A stretch of 30,460 nt of DNA from Amoebidium appalachense (lineage: Eukaryota > Protista > Ichthyosporea), in NCBI GenBank assembly GCA_963693365.1, contig CAVNZM010000046.1, positions 1 through 30,460 of the forward strand, in the 5' to 3' direction. Positions 1 to 6,471 of the stretch are shown here, piece after piece; within the stretch, counting starts at the first letter, position 1, and every line of letters begins with the position of its first letter. The translations under genes were made by a program, and so were the position numbers. The notes beneath the pieces were generated by a model. That model was not told the origin of the DNA and did not search any database. It worked only from the letters and a program-made list of their open reading frames with translations.

Positions 1-365
1 TGCCTGTACGCCCTGCGAGTGGCAAGGGCCTTTGCGAGCCGCTTGACGCCAGCAGCCGAGCGCCCCAGCGCGCGTTTGACCAGCGGGCAGTGCAACAGCG
101 TGTGTGCGGCGAGGGCGGCGAGCTGCGTGGTGCGCAGGCCGTGGCGGATCCGGTGGCAGACGGTGCACACGGGACGCACGTTCCCGTGGACGTAGCCGCG
201 CTTGTAGAGGCACAGTGCCACGTTACGGTGGGTCCGCTCGGCCTCGGCGCGGTTGCACACCTGGCACGGCCGCTTGAACAATTCCGCCAGGGTGGTGGGC
301 GACAACTCGATGGGCAGCTTCTTGTTGGCGGCGTTGGCCCTAAGACTGGCCACAAACTGCTCCAT
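1..365 (-). CDS. Degenerate HNH-endonuclease-like Zn-binding protein (3' end runs off the window; absent from ORF track)
   Basis: Manual translation from ATG at 365: MEQFVASLRANAANKKLPIELSPTTLAELFKRPCQVCNRAEAERTHRNVALCLYKRGYVHGNVRPVCTVCHRIRHGL. The CxxC ... GYxxGNVxPxCxxC pattern matches NCLDV HNH-family proteins. The usual DR/DH catalytic pair before GY is missing. High GC3. Confidence 0.6.
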   Translation of the reverse strand, partial: MEQFVASLRANAANKKLPIELSPTTLAELFKRPCQVCNRAEAERTHRNVALCLYKRGYVHGNVRPVCTVCHRIRHGLRTTQLAALAAHTLLHCPLVKRALGRSAAGVKRLAKALATRRAYR

Positions 366-383
366 GTTAAACCCAACAATAAA

Positions 384-686
384 TCAACCGGTGACGAACA
401 CACGCGGCCCATCTGTTGCGACCACCACTCCCAGCGGGGCGCACAAACCCGCCACCCAGGACGCGTACTCGGGCGTGGCGTGCAGCAGCAGCAGCCGCGG
501 CCTACCCCCTCCCCGTGCGCGCTCAAGGATGCCCAGCAGTCCCGGCACCCAGCTGTGCACGTACCCCGGCCCCACGGCGGCCTCGATGCCCAGCCGTGCA
601 CAGGAGGCCCTTAGGAGCGTCCACTTGCGCATGGGGAGCACAAACATGCCGCAGGGGATGATGTGGTCGACATGCCTTGCCTCCAT
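384..686 (-). CDS. Hypothetical protein (~100 aa, MEARHVDHIIPCG...)
   Basis: 3' part of ORF 384..971. ATG at 686 in CAAATG context, GC3-rich codons. The upstream extension overlaps the opposite-strand gene. Confidence 0.55.
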   Translation of the reverse strand: MEARHVDHIIPCGMFVLPMRKWTLLRASCARLGIEAAVGPGYVHSWVPGLLGILERARGGGRPRLLLLHATPEYASWVAGLCAPLGVVVATDGPRVFVTG

Positions 687-710
687 TTGCGGGAGCCGGG
701 GGGGGGGGGT

Positions 711-727
711 CGCGGGTATAAATACCC
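711..727. promoter_or_regulatory. Palindromic TATA element (CGCGGGTATAAATACCC) between divergent genes
   Basis: GGGTAT-AA-ATACCC inverted repeat at 714-727. TATA lies 42 nt before ATG 759 (+); TATTTATA lies ~38 nt before ATG 686 (-). Confidence 0.6.
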
Positions 728-758
728 TCGACGCCACCCCACCCGGCCAGTCTCGACA

Positions 759-1010
759 ATGGTGGCCTACGACGAATTCGAACTTCTGGCCTACCTCGGC
801 ACCCCTGTGCCAAGTGAAACGGAGTCGGAGGACGAGAGGGAGCCCCTGCCGCCCCCCCTTGATCAAGAGTTTGAGCTGTTGGTGCACATCTTCCAGGAAA
901 TCAAGTACCGATCGGCCACCACCGGCCTGTTTGACCGACTCACCCTCAAGCATTTCTACACACTGGCCCACAACACGTCAAGCTGCTTCACGTCGGCACG
1001 TTTGCGGTGA
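759..1010 (+). CDS. Small acidic hypothetical protein (83 aa, MVAYDEFELL...)
   Basis: ACAATG start 42 nt after a TATA element. 3' part of ORF 663..1010. GC3-rich. Confidence 0.6.
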   Translation: MVAYDEFELLAYLGTPVPSETESEDEREPLPPPLDQEFELLVHIFQEIKYRSATTGLFDRLTLKHFYTLAHNTSSCFTSARLR

Positions 1011-1545
1011 GGCTGTCGAGGATGCTGAAACACAGCTGACCGAGTTTGGCCGGGTCCCGGTTCTCAAGCAGGGCGCGGGCGTCATCGTCGGTCATGTTTG
1101 AGGTGGCGGCCTTCGCGATGTTGAAGATGTTCGACATGGTGGCCGGGTCGAGTGGCGGGAGCTGGCCGGCATGGTCCAGGACCTGCGTGGACGGGACTGG
1201 TGCAGCTGTCGCACCACTGTACACGACCAGGCGCTCGACATACTCGACTACGGCAGCCTTGGTAATGGGGTGCATGCGAGTCCATGCCGCGTGCAGCCCC
1301 ATCTGTTGGAGTGGAGAGTGGTCGCCCTCAAGAAACGACCAGTCCTTGGCGGCGACCTGCGGCATGAACGGCGCTATCTGAGCCGCAAAGACCTGAGGGG
1401 GCATGTCCGGGCTGACTTCAGCTGTGGAGGCCGCGATGGACCTTGCCTGGGCGATCTCCGGAAGGTCGGGGAACGCGGTCTGGAGCTTGGCGCAAAGCTC
1501 ATCGAGGCATGCATTAAACGAGGCAGCTTCCATTAGCAATGCCAT
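988..1545 (-). CDS. Conserved-type NCLDV hypothetical helical protein
   Basis: The pattern FNxxLxExxxxLxxxFP ... P..F...IxPF...VxxKDxxFL ... LxxxWxxMxxxTKxxxxxYxxxL resembles a widespread uncharacterised giant-virus family (recognised from memory). The start may be ATG 1533. Confidence 0.65.
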   Translation of the reverse strand: MALLMEAASFNACLDELCAKLQTAFPDLPEIAQARSIAASTAEVSPDMPPQVFAAQIAPFMPQVAAKDWSFLEGDHSPLQQMGLHAAWTRMHPITKAAVVEYVERLVVYSGATAAPVPSTQVLDHAGQLPPLDPATMSNIFNIAKAATSNMTDDDARALLENRDPAKLGQLCFSILDSLTANVPT

Positions 1546-1598
1546 ACAAAAAAAGGGCGCAGGGGATGTTGAGAAAAAATGATCAGCCCGTCATACAG

Positions 1599-1811
1599 AT
1601 GGCAACAACACGCAGACGACACCACCGGCGGCGCGGCGCGTCAGTACCGGGAGAAAACAAGGCGCTTGCGCTTCTGACCAACCAGATCCAAGAGACTAGT
1701 CCCGGATGTATGCCCCGGGGGTTTGCGAGAACCATCGCGGCTGCAAAGCTCGGCAACATGCGGCGTCACATTCGCCGACGACTGTGCGAGGCGTGGCGCA
1801 GCAAGTGGTAG
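1599..1811 (+). CDS. Small Arg-rich basic protein (70 aa, MATTRRRHHRRRG...)
   Basis: Fills the gap between neighbouring genes. An AAAAATG tract lies upstream. Strongly basic. Confidence 0.5.
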   Translation: MATTRRRHHRRRGASVPGENKALALLTNQIQETSPGCMPRGFARTIAAAKLGNMRRHIRRRLCEAWRSKW

Positions 1812-1831
1812 ACACGACAAGACACAAGCAT

Positions 1832-2818
1832 CTACACGGTCATGAGACAACGCGGGGTTGTCCGTGTTTTAATAAACGACCAGCCCAGCTTTGCACAGAT
1901 GGCCTGCCATGTGCGGTCGTGGTCACAGAGTTTGTCTGCAGACTTTAGCAGGGGTATGTGGGGTAGATAGGCGCCCCACTGGAGCAGCTCGCAGAACTTG
2001 AACAGCAGGTAGTTGACCGAGAGGAAGTTGATCCTGTCATCGCACGCGTCCTTGAACACGCCCTGCGTCTGCATGAACATGTCGCGCAGGCGGTCCAGCT
2101 GCTCGGGGTTGAACTGCGGGCACTGAATGCCAAATGCGCTCTGCATGATGCTGGGGATGTTGCGGTAGTAGCGGTTGAGCTTGCGGCTTCTCAGGAGCTT
2201 CTTGACATGTGCGTGCGTGATGCGTTCCATGGGGTAGTGCAGCGTGGCCGCGTCCCTGACAAACTCGATGACGTCAACCGGTATGTCTGTGGTCTCCTTG
2301 CCCTGGAAGTGCACGAGCGTCTCGTTGAAATGGTTGAGCGGCTTGTATACCTGTTGGCGCTGGCTGCGGGGTGGGGGCATCTTGAACACCGACTTGTTGA
2401 ACTCACAGAACCCGGGCACGGCCTCACCGCACTCGTCGCACACGTACATCTCCCTCATCTTGTCCAGCAGGCCGACGCCGCACGCGGGGCAGGGATCGGG
2501 CTCGCGGCGGGGAGCACGGTCCTGCACGTCCTCCACATGGGTCAGGTAGTCGCGATACACCTCCCTCCTCGAATCCCTGTCGCTGCACTCGTAGTGCTTA
2601 AGCATGTAGGGCAGGGTGTCGAGAAGGAACTCAACCTCCTCCTGGACAACAGCGGCGTCGCCGATCCTGCGGCGCTTGGCAAACTCGGCCATGCGCACGT
2701 CCACACGCGACTCCATGTCGTTCTGGGCCACGTGCTGCACATACTGCTTGTCTGCCTCGCAGCCCTTCTTGGACCGGTAGGGCGCGCGCATCGGGCGCTT
2801 GCGCTCGTCCGCTGACAT
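1832..2818 (-). CDS. VLTF3: Viral late transcription factor 3 (poxvirus A2L-like)
   Basis: Zn ribbon CPACG...VCDECG and motifs YKPLNHFNETLVHFQGKE, LNRYYRNIPSI, RINFLSVNYLLFKFCELL, LLKSADKLCDHDRTWQAICAKLGWSFI. First ATG is at 2818 (the track starts at TTG 2830). Confidence 0.95.
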   Translation of the reverse strand: MSADERKRPMRAPYRSKKGCEADKQYVQHVAQNDMESRVDVRMAEFAKRRRIGDAAVVQEEVEFLLDTLPYMLKHYECSDRDSRREVYRDYLTHVEDVQDRAPRREPDPCPACGVGLLDKMREMYVCDECGEAVPGFCEFNKSVFKMPPPRSQRQQVYKPLNHFNETLVHFQGKETTDIPVDVIEFVRDAATLHYPMERITHAHVKKLLRSRKLNRYYRNIPSIMQSAFGIQCPQFNPEQLDRLRDMFMQTQGVFKDACDDRINFLSVNYLLFKFCELLQWGAYLPHIPLLKSADKLCDHDRTWQAICAKLGWSFIKTRTTPRCLMTV

Positions 2819-2852
2819 GCTAGTTGGCAAGAAAGTGTGCCGCGGACGCGCC

Positions 2853-2865
2853 TTATATACCTGCG
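2853..2865 (-). promoter_or_regulatory. TATA element CGCAGGTATATAA upstream of VLTF3
   Basis: TATA begins 41 nt before ATG 2818. The same extended motif recurs at five other sites. Confidence 0.7.
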
Positions 2866-2871
2866 GGAGCC

Positions 2872-3564
2872 CTAGTTCACGCTGTCGGCCTGGATGATGA
2901 ACAGTATGGGGAAGGTACTCCCTGGGATGCTTTCAGCGAACGAGCCCGTTGCGGCGCTCAAACCCAGGTTTGTGGCCTGCCCAGACCCTTGAGAAGCGAC
3001 GCTTGTTCCCAGCAACTCGATGATTTCAGTGCCGTGGGCAACAGACTCGCGGCTGTAGTCGGGGGGGGGAGGTGCCCGACCCGGCTTAACGCCACAGTAG
3101 CCCAAGACGTTCTTTGGGGTGGCCAACACGCATTCACCGCCTACGCTTACGGTGCCAGGCCCGCAGCTTCCCCCTTTCCGCGAGCTCGAGCGAACACGCA
3201 TGGTTGCGGCAGGTCTGGACTTGGGGGCGGCAGTGGGCTTCCTGGTTGCCATTGCCTTGGTTGGGGCTTGAACGGGTTTAGAAACCGGCCTCCTGGAGGC
3301 GGCCTTGGGGGCAACGCTCACCCGCATGGTCCCCATTGGTTTCAGAGGACGCATGGCGGTCGCAAGCTTGGGTTTCTTTGGGGGGTGGCCGACGGTCGCA
3401 TGCTTGGCTGGTGCCTTGCGCTTGGCGCTGTCACCTGGCATCCCCAGACGCCCAGCACGACCGATGAGCGACTCGAGCGCCTTCACCTCCAACTCCAGGT
3501 TACTGGTGGACACGGGAACAGGCAGCACGCGTGATGCTTCCGTCAGTTTAGTGTTCCTGCGCAT
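2872..3564 (-). CDS. Basic Lys/Ala/Pro/Arg-rich protein (230 aa) with a small Cys motif
   Basis: TAAATG start. Long K/A/P/R low-complexity middle region, then CGPGTVSVGGECV...YCG. Confidence 0.65.
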   Translation of the reverse strand: MRRNTKLTEASRVLPVPVSTSNLELEVKALESLIGRAGRLGMPGDSAKRKAPAKHATVGHPPKKPKLATAMRPLKPMGTMRVSVAPKAASRRPVSKPVQAPTKAMATRKPTAAPKSRPAATMRVRSSSRKGGSCGPGTVSVGGECVLATPKNVLGYCGVKPGRAPPPPDYSRESVAHGTEIIELLGTSVASQGSGQATNLGLSAATGSFAESIPGSTFPILFIIQADSVN

Positions 3565-3587
3565 TTATTTGTGGACAAGAAAAGATA

Positions 3588-4415
3588 TCACACACAGCGC
3601 CGGGCAACGTTGGCCAGCTTCGTTTGCTCCGCATGGAAGAGAGCCAGCTGTGCATCGTAGTCGAGGGTCTCGTTTGTGCGCACGTTACATCTCTGGAAGA
3701 GTATGTAGCGTACACGCCGGTAGAGGTCCTCGCTGAACAGCGTGATGTCCAGTGGAAGCACGCCGTACTCCCCAAACCATGACAGGATGTCCTTGTCCAA
3801 CTCGTTGGGCTGATACCAGTCAGGAAGCGCCATCAGCGTGTCGGGGGTTTTCTTTCGCACCAGCTCCTCCAACTCTATAAGGTAGGTCTGGATCTTGGAC
3901 GCCTCGTCCAGGCCGATTCGCCACTTGCACGCGTACTTATCCAGGTCCTCGATGATCCACGGCTCCCTGCAGCTGGAGCTTGCCTCGAGGGACGAGAAGT
4001 CATCAGGGAAAGACCCGAACATGGCCATGCGGATGCGCGAGTAGACGTCCTCGGCCACCTTGAACACGCTCACATCGGTGGCCTCGTCGAGTGCGGATCC
4101 CTTGGCGCCGTTTTTGTTGATGTCGACACCGAGATTGATGACGCATCCAAGAATAAACCCAACTGCGTCCAATGGCTGCAGGCGCCCCTTGCAGGAACCG
4201 ACGACCTGCTGGACGGCGTACAGGCCACGCCATACATAGAGCGAGGCCCGGTCGGCGACCGGCGCCGACACGCACATCTCGCGCGCATAGTCCTTCTTCT
4301 GCCTGATCAACAAGTGCTTTGCGGCCTTGACGTCATTCTCTGATGTGGCGCCGGTGGCCTTTTTCAGCACCAGGTTGGTGGTGTTTGTGATGTTTGCTTT
4401 GTCGTACTTGGGCAT
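3588..4415 (-). CDS. Hypothetical protein (275 aa)
   Basis: TAAATG start, GC3-rich, tiles with neighbours, AATAAA just downstream. No family recognised. Confidence 0.75.
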   Translation of the reverse strand: MPKYDKANITNTTNLVLKKATGATSENDVKAAKHLLIRQKKDYAREMCVSAPVADRASLYVWRGLYAVQQVVGSCKGRLQPLDAVGFILGCVINLGVDINKNGAKGSALDEATDVSVFKVAEDVYSRIRMAMFGSFPDDFSSLEASSSCREPWIIEDLDKYACKWRIGLDEASKIQTYLIELEELVRKKTPDTLMALPDWYQPNELDKDILSWFGEYGVLPLDITLFSEDLYRRVRYILFQRCNVRTNETLDYDAQLALFHAEQTKLANVARRCV

Positions 4416-4453
4416 TTATAGCGGCCACGGAAAATATTGGGAGGCACCGTGCT

Positions 4454-4714
4454 TCAACCACTGAACCTGCTGATCATGCGTGCGATGTCGCCGAACTTGG
4501 CGTTGGCCATCTTGGGAAACAGTGGGGCAAGGGCGCGGTCCACCTTGATCTTTTGGCCTTCGGCAAGACCTTTCTTCTTGGCGTACGCCCACACCGCCTT
4601 TACGATCTGTCCACGCGTGGCCGACGACTTGTGCATGAAGCCCTTGAGGGGGGGATTGAGCTTGACGGGACGATTGAACGCCGATTTGGTCTTGCGCGTG
4701 TAGCATATGGCCAT
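4454..4714 (-). CDS. Stand-alone SWIB/MDM2-domain protein (86 aa)
   Basis: FNRPVKLNPPLKGFM...TRGQIVKAVWAYAKKKGL...IKVDRALAPLF matches the SWIB consensus (LSxxLxxF...RxxVxKxxWxYIKxxxL...IxxDxxLxxLF). Confidence 0.88.
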   Translation of the reverse strand: MAICYTRKTKSAFNRPVKLNPPLKGFMHKSSATRGQIVKAVWAYAKKKGLAEGQKIKVDRALAPLFPKMANAKFGDIARMISRFSG

Positions 4715-4770
4715 TGCTCATGTCGACAATAAAATCCATGACTGCAAGGACCCGCCACTGTTCTGTGACT

Positions 4771-5550
4771 CTATCTGACCTTGACGTTGAACTCCTGCGG
4801 CAGCGTTGGCCCCGCCACCATGTCCGGGATGGGCATCATCGGCGCGTCCGTGTTCGCCAGCCCGCGGATCTCGGCAAAGTCGTGTGTGCGGATCCCCCTG
4901 CGTGCATGCACCACCTTCTCTGGGTCCACGCGTGCCGGGTTTGTCGCGTATGTCGGTAGCGGCGGCCGCACGCCCTGCTGTGCATCCTCCCTGCTGTTCA
5001 GCACGGCCTCCGGCCGGGCTCCCTCGTTGCGCATGTTGCCGTTGTACACTGGCGCGCGCGTGCGTGTGCGGTACAGCTCACGCATGTAGTTGCTGCGCGA
5101 CTGCTGTTCCTCGGGATGCACATGGCCGTCGACGGCAGCACCTGCCAGCACGGCCACGGTCTGGGGGAGGGGTGTGCGGTCGGCGGCGTTGGCGGCGTCG
5201 TCGAAGGGCTTCTGCCGTTGGTAGGGCGAGAGGTAGCGGAATCTGCCGTAGTGCTCGTCATGGGGCACCTCCATGACCTTGGTGTTGAGACGGTCGAGGG
5301 GGTTGAACGGCCGATTGAGGCCGAGGGCGTCAGTGGCCCCGGCGTGCGGTGCATAAAGGGTGTTCCTGTCGAGGTTCAGGTTAGGCTGGAAGTCTGCGGG
5401 GGACAGGGGCGGGGCGGGCTTGGGCGGAGGGTCCGGGTTGTCAAACCCCCAGGCCTGATAGAACGGATTGCCTTCGTGCGAACTCACGTACAGGTAGACC
5501 ACCGCCAAACACACGATTGCAAGGGCGAGCTCCGAGTGCGAACTGTCCAT
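4771..5550 (-). CDS. Hypothetical membrane-anchored protein (259 aa)
   Basis: N-terminal hydrophobic helix LALAIVCLAVVYLYV followed by a Pro-rich region. GC3-rich. Confidence 0.75.
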   Translation of the reverse strand: MDSSHSELALAIVCLAVVYLYVSSHEGNPFYQAWGFDNPDPPPKPAPPLSPADFQPNLNLDRNTLYAPHAGATDALGLNRPFNPLDRLNTKVMEVPHDEHYGRFRYLSPYQRQKPFDDAANAADRTPLPQTVAVLAGAAVDGHVHPEEQQSRSNYMRELYRTRTRAPVYNGNMRNEGARPEAVLNSREDAQQGVRPPLPTYATNPARVDPEKVVHARRGIRTHDFAEIRGLANTDAPMMPIPDMVAGPTLPQEFNVKVR

Positions 5551-5608
5551 TGAGAAGGGCTACATTAATGCCACCGCCACGGGTTGGCGCTGTTTATTGC
5601 CTGTGCGC

Positions 5609-6118
5609 TCAGCGCCGGCACACCTGGTAGTCGACCACGTACCGCACGCGGTCCCGCAGCGTCCGCAGGTGGCTGACCCCAAACAGCCGCCCGTGCTTGT
5701 TGACCTTGCGGTCAAGGCACACCTCGAGCGCGCCCTCGCACGGCCGCCACTGGTTGTCAGGGCACAGGATCTCGAGCGTGACCTTGGTCAGGCGCACACT
5801 CTTGTGGATGTTGCCGTTCGAGTCGATGGTGTTGGACTCCGTGTACGGCACCAGCGGCTTGCGCCCGTCCATTAGGCCCCAGCCGTTGGCCACCTCCAAG
5901 TCGACGTAGCTGTTCTCAGACCCCACATCGTACACCAGCTTGAACGTCTTCTTCTGCCCCGCCACGCGCACCGTCACCATGTGCGTCTTCGAGCACTCGG
6001 GGATCAGGAACACCGGCACCTTGCTGTGCCGCGTCGACGTCCGCCGCACGCACGTCTCGAGCCGTCGTGCCCGGCAAGCGCAGCCGCGCCCTCTGGCTTT
6101 GCGTTTTCGTTGATGCAT
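5609..6118 (-). CDS. Retropepsin-like (clan AA) aspartic protease homolog (169 aa)
   Basis: MVTVRVAG..LVYDVGSENSYV..VANGWGL, a flap-like TIDSNG, and C-terminal LFGVSHLRTL..VVDY. The active-site motif is DVG rather than D[T/S]G. ATG at 6118. Confidence 0.7.
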   Translation of the reverse strand: MHQRKRKARGRGCACRARRLETCVRRTSTRHSKVPVFLIPECSKTHMVTVRVAGQKKTFKLVYDVGSENSYVDLEVANGWGLMDGRKPLVPYTESNTIDSNGNIHKSVRLTKVTLEILCPDNQWRPCEGALEVCLDRKVNKHGRLFGVSHLRTLRDRVRYVVDYQVCRR

Positions 6119-6165
6119 ACTGGGGGCCCACAATGTAGCGTTGGCCGCTCAACGGCCGCGCCTTT

Positions 6166-6426
6166 TTAGGGCTTCTTGAAGCTCTTCCAGCACCGCCGCT
6201 TGCGGCAGCAGCCCCGCTTGGGCTTCTTGCGCCCGGGAACCAGGCCCTTGCACTGGCCGGCGTACGAGCACATGACGTACTTCATGTTGTAGTCGGTGAC
6301 GCGCTTGATCCACTCGGGATCCGCCGAGGGGAAGCGCTTGTAGAGGTCCTGGCCGATCATGGCCTTGACGTGGTGGTCTGTGATGCCCGTGCTTTCCGGT
6401 AACATTTGCAGAAGGCGCAAAAACAT
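6166..6426 (-). CDS. Small protein with a basic, Cys-rich C-terminus (~86 aa)
   Basis: ATG 6426 (MFLRLL...), GC3-rich, tail RKKPKRGCCRKRRCWKSFKKP. Confidence 0.6.
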   Translation of the reverse strand: MFLRLLQMLPESTGITDHHVKAMIGQDLYKRFPSADPEWIKRVTDYNMKYVMCSYAGQCKGLVPGRKKPKRGCCRKRRCWKSFKKP

Positions 6427-6471
6427 ATGCTGCGTCGCGCCGTGGGAGCTATTTTGGTTCACAACGCCCGC

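Noticed and set aside
5609-6118. Retrotransposon or retroviral remnant
   Set aside because: No gag, RT, RNase H, integrase or LTR nearby. The gene has the same upstream motif and codon bias as the viral genes.
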